Of a stretch of 64,000 nucleotides of DNA, positions 45,852-54,274 are shown one piece after another. The notes below the pieces were generated by a model. That model was given only the letters and a program-made list of their open reading frames with translations, was not told the origin of the DNA and made no database searches. The stretch's first letter is position 1, and the number at the start of each line of letters is the position of its first letter. The position numbers and the translations under genes were made by a program. The stretch comes from Frankiaceae bacterium (GTDB lineage: Bacteria > Actinomycetota > Actinomycetes > Frankiales > Frankiaceae): assembly GCA_035468175.1 (NCBI GenBank), contig DATITC010000016.1:8547-72546 (forward strand). Direction: 5' to 3'.

Positions 45852-46756
45852 GCGCGGCAAATCCCGCCCTCGGCTCGAGCGCCGGGAACCCGGTGAAGGC
45901 GTTCTTACGGCTGGTGATGATCGAGCACTCGATCTTCGCGCTGCCGTTCGCCTACCTCGCTGTGCTGGCCGCGTCGTACAGCGTCGACCGGTCGGTGCAC
46001 TGGGACGCGCTGCTCCTGGTCACCGTCGCGATGGTCGCGGCCCGGACATTCGCGATGGCGTTCAACCGGATCATCGACCGAGAACTCGACGCCCGGAACC
46101 CGCGGACCGCCTCCCGCGAACTGGTCACCGGCGCCGTCGCCGTGCGGACCGCCGTCGTCGGCTCCGTCGTCGCCTTGATCGTCTTCCTTGTCGCCGCGGC
46201 GCTGCTGTCCCCGCTCTGCCTGGTGCTGGCCCCGATCGCCCTGGCGCTGCTCGCGCTCTACCCCTACGGCAAGCGCTTCACCTGGCTCTGCCACGGCATC
46301 CTCGGGCTCGCGCAGGCCGTCGGACCCATCGGCGCGTGGATCGCCGTGACCGACCGGTGGAGCTGGGACGCGGTCTTGCTCGGGCTGGCGGTCGGCCTGT
46401 GGATCGGCGGCTTCGACCTGATCTACGCCCTGCAGGACCTCGACTCGGACCGGGCCGGCGGCGTCTACTCGCTGCCCGCGCGCTTCGGGCCGGTGGTCGC
46501 GCTGCGGGTCTCGCAGGTGGCCCACCTCGTGACGCTGGCGTTGTTCGTCGCCTACGGTGTCGGCATCGGGGCGGGGGTGTTGTGGTTCGTCGGGGTCGCC
46601 CTGGTCGCGGTCGCGTTCGCCTACGAGCACAGCATTGTGGCGCCTAATGACCTCTCTCGGGTCAACCGGGCGTTCTTCACCACCAACGGCTTCGTCGGCA
46701 TCGCGCTGTTCGTGTTCGGCCTCGCCGACCTCGTGGTGCGTGGGCTCGGCGTCTGA
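45848..46756 (+). CDS. UbiA-family prenyltransferase (MqnP-like)
   Basis: NRIIDRELDARNPRT (NxxxDxxxD) and LQDLDSDR second Asp-rich motif; polytopic membrane protein. Confidence 0.88.
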   Translation: MSAANPALGSSAGNPVKAFLRLVMIEHSIFALPFAYLAVLAASYSVDRSVHWDALLLVTVAMVAARTFAMAFNRIIDRELDARNPRTASRELVTGAVAVRTAVVGSVVALIVFLVAAALLSPLCLVLAPIALALLALYPYGKRFTWLCHGILGLAQAVGPIGAWIAVTDRWSWDAVLLGLAVGLWIGGFDLIYALQDLDSDRAGGVYSLPARFGPVVALRVSQVAHLVTLALFVAYGVGIGAGVLWFVGVALVAVAFAYEHSIVAPNDLSRVNRAFFTTNGFVGIALFVFGLADLVVRGLGV

Positions 46757-46760
46757 CCCG

Positions 46761-47396
46761 GTGGACCAGCTGTCGGAGTCGGAGCCGGAGTCGGAGCCTC
46801 CCGGCCTTGGCCCACATCCGCTGCCCTGGCCGGACGACCCGCGCCTCGACCCGGAGCTTCTCGCCGAGGGCGACCGCCGCAACGTCGTCGACGGCTACCG
46901 CTACTGGCGGCGGGAGGCGGTCGTCGCCGACCTGGACCTCCGCCGGCACCCCTTCCACGTCGCCATCGAGAACTGGCAGCACGACCTGAACATCGGGACG
47001 GTCGTGCGCAACGCCAACGCATTCCTCGCCGCCGAGGTGCACATCGTCGGCCGCCGGCGCTGGAACCGCCGCGGCGCGATGGTGACCGACCGGTACCAGC
47101 ATGTGCGACATCACGACGACGTCGGCGCGCTGGCCGAATGGGCGGCTGCCACGCAACTGCCACTGATCGGCATCGACCTCCTCCCCGGTTCCCGGTCCAT
47201 CGTCAGCGCCGAACTACCCCGGACCTGCGTGCTGCTGTTCGGGCAGGAGGGGCCGGGGCTGTCCGAGGAGGCGCGGCGGCGCTCCGCGTCGGTGCTGCAC
47301 ATCCCGCAGGTCGGTTCCACGCGTTCGATCAACGCCGGCGTCGCCTCCGGGATCGCCATGTACGAGTGGCTCCGCCGGTACGCCCGGGAGAGCTGA
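46761..47396 (+). CDS. TrmH/SpoU-family RNA methyltransferase
   Basis: NIGTVVRNANAF, LLFGQEGPGLS and IPQVGSTRSINAGVASGIAMYE SPOUT motifs. GTG 46761 lies inside track ORF 46557..47396. Confidence 0.85.
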   Translation: MDQLSESEPESEPPGLGPHPLPWPDDPRLDPELLAEGDRRNVVDGYRYWRREAVVADLDLRRHPFHVAIENWQHDLNIGTVVRNANAFLAAEVHIVGRRRWNRRGAMVTDRYQHVRHHDDVGALAEWAAATQLPLIGIDLLPGSRSIVSAELPRTCVLLFGQEGPGLSEEARRRSASVLHIPQVGSTRSINAGVASGIAMYEWLRRYARES

Positions 47397-47439
47397 GACC
47401 ACTTCCGCCGGCAACCTGGCTCAGGTAGAACCGGAGGTC

Positions 47440-48138
47440 ATGACGTCGCGACACGGCCGGCCCAGTCTCATGCGGCCCAGTCCCATGCGACCCAAGCCCA
47501 TGCGACCCAAGCCCATGCGGCCCAGTCCCATGCGCCGGTTCGATCCGCGCAAGCTGGGCGCGCTCGAGTGCGCCGCGTGGGTGGCCTACTACCGGCGGGA
47601 CTGGCGTCGGGTGCTCGGCGCCGCTGTCGGGATGGTGCGGGTCGGCTTCCGGATGTCGTGGCCTCGGACCCTGTACGGGGCCGCGCTGGTGCTCCGGGCC
47701 AACCAGGTCTGGGCGCCGTACCCGGACAACGACCCAGACGCAGCGCGTCGGCTGATGGAGCGCTTCTACCGACTGGTCGCCCGGACGCACGACGAGACGT
47801 TCGACGTGGTTCGCGCCGCCGAGCTGGAGGTCGAGTGGTGGCGGGTGCACCGGCACGGCCAGCGGGATGAGCCCGACCAGCCGCCGAACGCGCTGATCGA
47901 CGCGTTGACCGCGCTGTACGCCCACGTCTACCAGGAAGAGCCGGAATTGGTCCGTCCGGCGGCAGCTGCCCGAGCCGAGGCGATGTTCGTCTCCGACGCG
48001 TGGGTGGCGGCGGGAGCCGACCCCCACAGCACCGCTATCGAGGCCGAGCGGGCGGCTCTGACCAGGTCGTATGCGTTGCTACTCGGAGCCGTCCACCGAC
48101 TCCCCGGGGCGGATGGAGAACGGCCCCGCGGGGTGTAA
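47440..48138 (+). CDS. hypothetical protein with an N-terminal (P-M-R-P-S/K) tandem repeat
   Basis: ORF track. High GC3 downstream of the repeat. Several in-frame ATGs lie inside the 15-nt repeats, so the start is ambiguous. Confidence 0.55.
   Translation: MTSRHGRPSLMRPSPMRPKPMRPKPMRPSPMRRFDPRKLGALECAAWVAYYRRDWRRVLGAAVGMVRVGFRMSWPRTLYGAALVLRANQVWAPYPDNDPDAARRLMERFYRLVARTHDETFDVVRAAELEVEWWRVHRHGQRDEPDQPPNALIDALTALYAHVYQEEPELVRPAAAARAEAMFVSDAWVAAGADPHSTAIEAERAALTRSYALLLGAVHRLPGADGERPRGV
47454..47537. repeat. 15-nt tandem repeat (about 5 copies) at the 5' end of the 47440 ORF
   Basis: catgcggcccagtcc / catgcgacccaagcc / catgcgacccaagcc / catgcggcccagtcc / catgcgccgg... Confidence 0.9.
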
Positions 48139-48285
48139 TCCGAGGAACATTTGTCGGGCGCTTCATGTTGGGTAGGGTTGTCGCCGACAACAGATGTGCC
48201 GGCTCGATCCATGGCCCCCGGACCCAAACACGTCGCTTCGAGCGACACCACGCCGTGAGGCAGACCTGGCGGGTCGGCGCACGAC

Positions 48286-48320
48286 AGCCCCGGACTTCGG
48301 TCCGGGGCTCTCGTGTTTCT
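48286..48320 (+). terminator. intrinsic terminator-like hairpin
   Basis: AGCCCCGGAC-TTCG-GTCCGGGGCT (10-bp perfect stem, tetraloop) followed by CTCGTGTTTCT. Confidence 0.55.
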
Positions 48321-48345
48321 GGGGCCGGCCACCCCGCGGCGCCGG

Positions 48346-48690
48346 CTAGTCCGCGGCGCGCTTGGAGCGTCGCCGGGGACCGGTCCGGGGATAGCGCTGC
48401 TGATTGCCGGGCTCGAGGTCGGCCAGCGCGCCGCGCAGCAGCTGCAACGCGTTCCGGGACAGCGCGTCCGCCTCGACCGCCGACAGGTCGAGTTCGGCGG
48501 CAACCCCGGGCCATCCCTCGGCGTAGCCGAAGGCGGTGACGGCCGCGGCCCGCTCCTGCGCCGGCAGCCGTGACAGGGCTTCCTCGAGCCGATCGAGCAG
48601 TTCGGCCTCGGGCGTGCCGGAGCTGCTCGGGGCGAGGTTCTCGATGACGTCGCTCGAGAGCGGCCGCAGCCTGGGCTTCCGTTCTGTCAC
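48346..48690 (-). CDS. sigma-70 region-4-like helix-turn-helix protein
   Basis: ORF track. [49 protein letters not shown] resembles a sigma region 4 HTH. GTG start at 48690. Confidence 0.55.
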   Translation of the reverse strand: MTERKPRLRPLSSDVIENLAPSSSGTPEAELLDRLEEALSRLPAQERAAAVTAFGYAEGWPGVAAELDLSAVEADALSRNALQLLRGALADLEPGNQQRYPRTGPRRRSKRAAD

Positions 48691-48702
48691 GATTCCATCG
48701 TG
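48688..48702. promoter_or_regulatory. palindrome containing both divergent GTG start codons
   Basis: CACGA-TTCCA-TCGTG. The arms contain the start codons of the 48690(-) and 48700(+) genes. Confidence 0.3.
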
Positions 48703-49317
48703 CCTGCCGACCGCCCTTCATGTGCAGCGATCTGGGTTGTCGCCGGCGCGCCCGGCGCCGGTAAGAGCACCGTGGTTCCGCTGCTGCTCGCCCGGTTGCG
48801 GCCGGTTCCCGCCCGGCTCGACAAGGACACGATGTTCGGCGGCTTCGCCGGCGCGGTGCTGGACGCAGCCGGACGTCCGGTCGGCGAGCGCGAGGGCCCT
48901 TGGTACGACGAGCACGTCAAGGTGCATGAGTACGCCGGGATGACGGCGACGGCGCGGCAGATCCGCGGACCCGGCTGTCCGGTGCTGCTCGAGGCGCCGT
49001 TCACCTCGCAGATCCGCGACCCGAGCCGGTGGGCGGCCTGGGTTGCCGAACTGGGCGGCGAGCCGGTGCGCCTCGTCTGGATCGGCTGCTCGGCCGCGGT
49101 GCTGCGTGACCGGATCGAGCAGCGGGCGCGGCCGCAGGACGCCGGCAAGCTCGCCGACTACGAGGCCTGGTCGAGCCGCATGCAGCCGGACGTGCCGCCG
49201 CCGATCCCGCACCTCGCCCTGGACAACACCGGCACCGAGCACGACCTCCGCGAGCAGATCGATCGCCTCGTTCGCAACCTGACCGCCGGGGGCGCCGACC
49301 GCCGGTGGGATGTCTAG
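48700..49317 (+). CDS. P-loop NTPase / AAA-type kinase-like protein
   Basis: Walker [16 protein letters not shown] 48700 lies only 9 nt from the divergent start at 48690. Confidence 0.65.
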   Translation: MPADRPSCAAIWVVAGAPGAGKSTVVPLLLARLRPVPARLDKDTMFGGFAGAVLDAAGRPVGEREGPWYDEHVKVHEYAGMTATARQIRGPGCPVLLEAPFTSQIRDPSRWAAWVAELGGEPVRLVWIGCSAAVLRDRIEQRARPQDAGKLADYEAWSSRMQPDVPPPIPHLALDNTGTEHDLREQIDRLVRNLTAGGADRRWDV

Positions 49318-50113
49318 CCTCTCCGGCATGGGAGCTCTGGACGGTCGGGTCGCGCTGGTCACCGGCGGTGGTAGAGGGTTGGGCCGGGCGGTTGCGCAGG
49401 CGCTCGCCGAGCGAGGTGCCGCTGTCGCCGTCGGCGCCCGATCCACGGAGGAAGTGGACTCGGTGGCCGGCGAGCTGCGGGAGGCCGGGTACTCCGCGAC
49501 GAGCGTCCCGCTGGACGTCTCCGACCCGGCATCCGTCGAGAACGCGGTGCGGCGCGTCGCCGACGAGCTCGGCACAGTCGACATCCTGGTCAACAACGCG
49601 GGCGTGGTGTGGCCGCTCGGGATGCTGCTGAAGGTCGACGCCGACGAGTGGGAGCAGTCGATCGATATCAACCTCACCGGCGCCGTCCGCTGCATCCGCG
49701 CCGTGCTGCCGGGCATGCTCGAACGTGGCTTCGGCCGGATCGTGAACATGAGCAGCGGCGCCGCGGCCGGTCCCGGCATGCCGGCGGCCAGCGCCTATTC
49801 GGTGGGCAAGGCCGGGCTCGACATGGTGACGGCGAACCTGGCTGACGAGCTCTCCGGCAGCGGCGTGTGCATCAACGGGGTCCGGCCCGGCGTGGTCGAC
49901 ACGTCGATGCAGGACTACATGCGGAGCCTGCCGCGGGAGCAGGTCGGCGCCGCGTTCTACAACAAGTTCCACGGGCTGCACGAGCGGGGCGAGCTCAGCG
50001 GTCCGGGTCCGGCGGCGCAGCTGATCGTGCTACTGGCCAGCAGCGACCGCACCGGGCAGACGCTGGACGTGCGGGACGAGGAGACCAAGCAGCTTATCGA
50101 CGGCATTGCGTGA
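49310..50113 (+). CDS. SDR family oxidoreductase
   Basis: [18 protein letters not shown] and YSVGKAG (YxxxK) motifs. 8-nt overlap with the upstream gene. Confidence 0.88.
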   Translation: MSSLSGMGALDGRVALVTGGGRGLGRAVAQALAERGAAVAVGARSTEEVDSVAGELREAGYSATSVPLDVSDPASVENAVRRVADELGTVDILVNNAGVVWPLGMLLKVDADEWEQSIDINLTGAVRCIRAVLPGMLERGFGRIVNMSSGAAAGPGMPAASAYSVGKAGLDMVTANLADELSGSGVCINGVRPGVVDTSMQDYMRSLPREQVGAAFYNKFHGLHERGELSGPGPAAQLIVLLASSDRTGQTLDVRDEETKQLIDGIA

Positions 50114-50242
50114 GAACTCGGCGCGGAACGGCTCGCGGGAGCCGACAAATCCGTACGAATCGGGCGCTCAACACTGGTTCCGCGGAGAGTTTGCACACTG
50201 CCCGGGCAGCCGGCGGGTTTCTCGGAGCGGCATGCTGAACAC

Positions 50243-50872
50243 ATGAGCCGCGTCCCGTGGATCGTCGGGGTGTCCGGCGCGTCCGGGACGCCGTACGCCA
50301 GGTCCGTGCTGCGCGGGCTGCTGGCCGCGGGCGAGGCGGTTGACCTGGTCGTCAGCCGGGCCGCGCGACTGACGCTGCTGGACGAGACCGGACTCCGCTG
50401 GCACGACGACGGGTCGTCGCTGACCGCCTGGCTCGGCGCGGACGCCACGAAGGACGGCGACGTTTGGCACTGGGGGCCGGCGGACCTCGCCGCCGGCCCC
50501 TCCAGCGGCAGCTACGTCACGCGGGGAATGGTCGTGGTCCCGGCGAGCACCGAGGCGGTGGCGGGGATCGCGTTGGGGCTGTCGAAGGACCTGCTGCAGC
50601 GCTCCGCCGCCGTCACCCTCAAGGAACGACGGCCGTTGGTGGTCGTGCCGCGCGAGATGCCGCTGCCCCGGGCGACGCTGGTGCACCTGCTGGCGTTGTC
50701 CGACGCGGGGGCGGTGGTCGCTCCGGCCAGCCCCGGCTTCTACACGGGTGCCGCGGACGCCGAAGCGCTGGCCGACTTCGTCGCGGCCAAGGTGCTGGAC
50801 GCGCTGGCGGTGCCGCATCAGCTGGCGCAGCGGTGGACCGGAGTGCTCGGGCAGGGCCGCACTGCCGGCTGA
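50243..50872 (+). CDS. ubiX: UbiX-family flavin prenyltransferase
   Basis: IVGVSGASGTPYA...VVVPASTEAVAGIALG...VPREMPL pattern. Confidence 0.9.
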   Translation: MSRVPWIVGVSGASGTPYARSVLRGLLAAGEAVDLVVSRAARLTLLDETGLRWHDDGSSLTAWLGADATKDGDVWHWGPADLAAGPSSGSYVTRGMVVVPASTEAVAGIALGLSKDLLQRSAAVTLKERRPLVVVPREMPLPRATLVHLLALSDAGAVVAPASPGFYTGAADAEALADFVAAKVLDALAVPHQLAQRWTGVLGQGRTAG

Positions 50873-50944
50873 GCAGGGCACCGCTGGACGGTGAATCCCC
50901 CGTGCCGCCTCGGCGGAAGGGTGCCGACCGGCAGAATCGGCCGG

Positions 50945-51463
50945 GTGTCCCGCCCTTTCCGCATCGTCTTCGTCTGCCTCGGCAACATCTGCCGTTCCCC
51001 GATGGCCGAGCTGGCGATGCGGCGTCTGCTGGACCAGGGGGGCTTGGCCGACCGGGTGCAGGTCGCCAGCGCGGGCACCGGCGACTACCACGTCGGCGAA
51101 GGCGCCGATCCGCGGGCGGCGGCCACGCTGCGCGAGCACGGCTACGACCCGGACCGGCGCCGGCTCGCCGAGTTCAGGGCCACCCAGTTCACCGCCGACG
51201 ACTTCGCCGGGGCCGACCTGGTCCTCGCCCTTGACGCCTCCAATGCGGAGGTGCTTCGTCGGCGGGCGCCCGATGCCGAGGCCGCCGCGAAGGTCCGCCT
51301 GCTCCGGGCGTTCGACCCAGCGTCCGTGGCCGCGGGCGAGGTGGACGTCCCCGACCCCTACTACGGCGGGGAGGACGGGTTCCCGCACGTCCTGGCGTTG
51401 GTGGAGGCGGCCTGCCAGGGCCTTCTGGAGCACCTGCGCACCGAACCCGCCCTCGCTCGGTGA
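50945..51463 (+). CDS. low-molecular-weight protein-tyrosine phosphatase
   Basis: FRIVFVCLGNICRSPMAE (CX5R-S) and DVPDPYYG motifs. The ORF is open from 50891; GTG 50945 fits the homologue N-terminus. Confidence 0.9.
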   Translation: MSRPFRIVFVCLGNICRSPMAELAMRRLLDQGGLADRVQVASAGTGDYHVGEGADPRAAATLREHGYDPDRRRLAEFRATQFTADDFAGADLVLALDASNAEVLRRRAPDAEAAAKVRLLRAFDPASVAAGEVDVPDPYYGGEDGFPHVLALVEAACQGLLEHLRTEPALAR

Positions 51464-52305
51464 TCCCCGGGCTCGCGCACGCCACGTCGGTCGGTGGCGG
51501 CAGCATCTGCGACGCCTACCGTGGCGAATGGCGGGGGCGGACCGTGTTCGCGAAGACGCTGCGCCACCCGCCTCGGGGTTTCTTCGAGGCCGAGGAGCAT
51601 GGACTGCGCTGGCTCGGCGCCGTCGGGGCTCCGGTGCCCGAGGTGCTCCACGTCGCCGCCGATGTCCTGATCCTCGAATGGGTCGAGGCCGGTTCCCCGA
51701 CGCGGGCGGCAGCGGAACGGTTCGGCCGCGACCTCGCCGACCTGCACGCCTGCAATGCGCCGGCTTTCGGCGCCGGGTGGCCCGGCTACATCGGCTCGCT
51801 CCCGATGGACAACGCCACGACCTATGCCGCTCCGGACGAGTGGCCCGCGTTCTACACCGAGCAGCGGGTGCTGCCGTTCCTCCGCCTCGCCGTGGACGAC
51901 GGCGCCATCGACGACCGCGGCCAGCGAGCCGTCGAGGAGGTCTGCGAGCGGCTGGCCGACCTCGCCGGTCCGCCCGAGCCCCCGCGGCATATCCACGGTG
52001 ACCTGTGGAGCGGGAACGTGCTGTGGACCGGTAAAGGCAGGGGTGTCGCGGACGGGCGCGTCCGGCTGATCGACCCGGCGGCGCACGGCGGTCACCGCGA
52101 AACCGACCTGGCGATGCTCGCCCTGTTCGGGTTCCCGCAGCTGGACGCGGTGCTGGGTGCATACCGGGAGCGTTTCCCGTTGGCCGATGGCTGGGAGCAG
52201 CGCCGTGACCTGCACCAACTGCACCCGTTGCTCGTACATGCGGCGCTGTTCGGCCGCTCCTACGGTTCCCGCGTCACGTCGCTCGCGCGGCGCCTGCTGA
52301 GCTGA
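51460..52305 (+). CDS. fructosamine kinase family protein
   Basis: GTGA overlap with the PTP gene. IHGDLWSGNVLW...IDPAAHGGHRETDLAML kinase motifs. Confidence 0.88.
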   Translation: MIPGLAHATSVGGGSICDAYRGEWRGRTVFAKTLRHPPRGFFEAEEHGLRWLGAVGAPVPEVLHVAADVLILEWVEAGSPTRAAAERFGRDLADLHACNAPAFGAGWPGYIGSLPMDNATTYAAPDEWPAFYTEQRVLPFLRLAVDDGAIDDRGQRAVEEVCERLADLAGPPEPPRHIHGDLWSGNVLWTGKGRGVADGRVRLIDPAAHGGHRETDLAMLALFGFPQLDAVLGAYRERFPLADGWEQRRDLHQLHPLLVHAALFGRSYGSRVTSLARRLLS

Positions 52306-52307
52306 CC

Positions 52308-52380
52308 CTCGGGGACATGCGCGCGCTCCGCTCGGGGACATGCGCGAGCTCCGCTCGGGGACATGCGCGAGCTCCGCTCG
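52308..52380. repeat. 23-nt tandem repeat (3 copies) between the fructosamine-kinase stop and the mqnE start
   Basis: ctcggggacatgcgcg(c/a)gctccg x3 (52308-52330, 52331-52353, 52354-52376), then a partial ctcgac. Confidence 0.9.
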
Positions 52381-52394
52381 ACTACGCTGAGGGG

Positions 52395-53579
52395 GTGCAG
52401 CAGCCGATTCTTTCGCAGGCCCGCAAGGACGAGATCGAGGCCAAGGTCGCCGCGGGGGAGCGTCTGACCCGTACCGATGGCGAAGACCTCTACACCACCG
52501 ACGACCTCGCCTGGCTCGGCGGCCTGGCCCACTCGGTCCGCACCGCGAAGAACGGCGACCGCGTCTTCTTCAACGTCAACCGGCACCTGAACCTCACCAA
52601 CGTCTGCTCCGCGTCCTGCGCGTACTGCTCGTTCCAGCGCAAGCCGGGGGAGACCGACGCCTACACGATGCGGGTGGAAGAGGCGGTCCGCCTCGCGAAG
52701 GCGATGGAGCCCTCGGGCATCACCGAGCTGCACATCGTCAACGGCCTGCACCCGACGCTGCCGTGGCGCTACTACCCGCGGGTGCTGAAGGAGTTGAAGG
52801 CCGCGCTGCCGAACGTCGCGCTGAAGGCCTTCACCGCAACCGAGATCCACTGGTTCGAGCGCATTAGCGGGCTGTCGGCCGACGCGGTCCTCGACGAGCT
52901 GATCGACGCCGGCCTGGAGTCCCTGACCGGCGGCGGCGCCGAGATCTTCGACTGGGAGGTGCGCCAGCAGATCGTCGACCATGACACCCACTGGGAGGAC
53001 TGGTCGCGCATCCACCGGCTGGCGCACTCCAAGGGTCTGCGGACGCCGTCGACCATGCTCTACGGGCACATCGAGGAGCCACGGCACCGCGTCGACCACG
53101 TGCTTCGGCTCCGTGAGCTGCAGGACGAGACCGGCGGCTTCCACGTCTTCATCCCGCTGCGCTACCAGCACGACGCCGCCGGGGACCCTCGCAACCGCAT
53201 CCAGGACCGCACCACGATGGCCAGCGGCGCCGAGGTGCTGAAGACGTTCGCGGTCTCCCGGCTGCTGTTCGACAACGTCGACCACGTCAAGAACTTCTGG
53301 GTGATGCACGGGCTGACCACGGCCCAGCTGTCGCTGTCGTTCGGCGCCGACGACCTGGACGGCAGTGTCGTCGAGTACAAGATCACCCACGACGCGGACG
53401 GCTTCGGTACGCCGAACACGATGACGCGGGAGAACCTGCTCGAGCTGATCCGCGAGGCCGGCTTCCGTCCGGTCGAGCGGGGCACGCGATACGAGACGCT
53501 CCGCGAGTACGACGGACCGGACGCCACGCGCGGGACCGTGCCGCGAGACCCGGCCGGGCTTCCGCTGTCGGTCGGCTGA
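52395..53579 (+). CDS. mqnE: aminofutalosine synthase (radical SAM)
   Basis: FFNVNRHLNLTNVCSASCAYCSF CxxxCxxC cluster motif. GTG 52395 lies inside track ORF 52317..53579. Confidence 0.85.
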   Translation: MQQPILSQARKDEIEAKVAAGERLTRTDGEDLYTTDDLAWLGGLAHSVRTAKNGDRVFFNVNRHLNLTNVCSASCAYCSFQRKPGETDAYTMRVEEAVRLAKAMEPSGITELHIVNGLHPTLPWRYYPRVLKELKAALPNVALKAFTATEIHWFERISGLSADAVLDELIDAGLESLTGGGAEIFDWEVRQQIVDHDTHWEDWSRIHRLAHSKGLRTPSTMLYGHIEEPRHRVDHVLRLRELQDETGGFHVFIPLRYQHDAAGDPRNRIQDRTTMASGAEVLKTFAVSRLLFDNVDHVKNFWVMHGLTTAQLSLSFGADDLDGSVVEYKITHDADGFGTPNTMTRENLLELIREAGFRPVERGTRYETLREYDGPDATRGTVPRDPAGLPLSVG

Positions 53580-53589
53580 GAGCGCCGCG

Positions 53590-53892
53590 GTGAGCAGTCG
53601 GGGAGGGCCGCCAAAGCCTCCGGGTGTCGGTGCGATCTCGATGCTCGCAGCCGTAGTGGTGCTCGTGCCGGGGATCGTGGTCTACGTGGGGCTGCGGGCG
53701 CTGGGCCTGGCCATCGGTCCCGCCGGTCTGCTCGGTCTGCTGGTGATGATTCTCGGGATGGTCGCCTACCCCGTGCTGCTGCGGAGGACGGGATGGGTCG
53801 GTCCGCGGCCCACCTCGCGCCCCGGCCCGGCGGCGACTCAGCGTGCGGAGCCCGGCGACCGCGCGGAGCCCGGCGAAGGAAAGCGGCCGTGA
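53590..53892 (+). CDS. small membrane protein (2 predicted TM segments)
   Basis: ORF track. ISMLAAVVVLVPGIVVYVGL and GLLGLLVMILGMVAYPVLL hydrophobic segments. Confidence 0.55.
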   Translation: MSSRGGPPKPPGVGAISMLAAVVVLVPGIVVYVGLRALGLAIGPAGLLGLLVMILGMVAYPVLLRRTGWVGPRPTSRPGPAATQRAEPGDRAEPGEGKRP

Positions 53893-54131
53893 AGCTTCCG
53901 GGTCGACGCACCGGCCCCCCGCCCGGCACCGGGCTGGCACCGATCTACGTGCGCTACCTCAGCCTGCGGCTGCTGATCTTCCTCGGTGTGCTGCTGATCT
54001 GCATCGCGCTGAGCTTGCGGGGCATCGCCGCCGTGGTGGTCGCGCTGCTGGTCAGCGGCGTGCTCTCCTACCCGCTGGCTCGCAAGCAGCGGGAAAGCAT
54101 CGTGCGGGAGATCCATAACCGCCGTAAGTAG
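53889..54131 (+). CDS. DUF4229-like small membrane protein
   Basis: GTGA overlap with the upstream gene. YLSLRLLIFLGVLLICIALSL...VVVALLVSGVLSYPLARKQRE pattern. Confidence 0.6.
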   Translation: MKLPGRRTGPPPGTGLAPIYVRYLSLRLLIFLGVLLICIALSLRGIAAVVVALLVSGVLSYPLARKQRESIVREIHNRRK

Positions 54132-54215
54132 CGAACCGCGGACCGGGTCAGCCGAGCTTGACGTCGCGGAAGCTCCCGACGCGGGGGATGTCGATCGTGA
54201 GGGTCTGTCGCAGGC

Positions 54216-54254
54216 GGCCGGACCCGGTCGCGACGTGCGCGAACGGGTCCGGCC
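54216..54254. terminator. hairpin between the convergent DUF4229-like and GH25 genes
   Basis: GGCCGGACCCG (54216-54226) pairs perfectly with CGGGTCCGGCC (54244-54254); 17-nt loop. Confidence 0.45.
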
Positions 54255-54274
54255 GGGGTCTGCAGCGGGACGGA

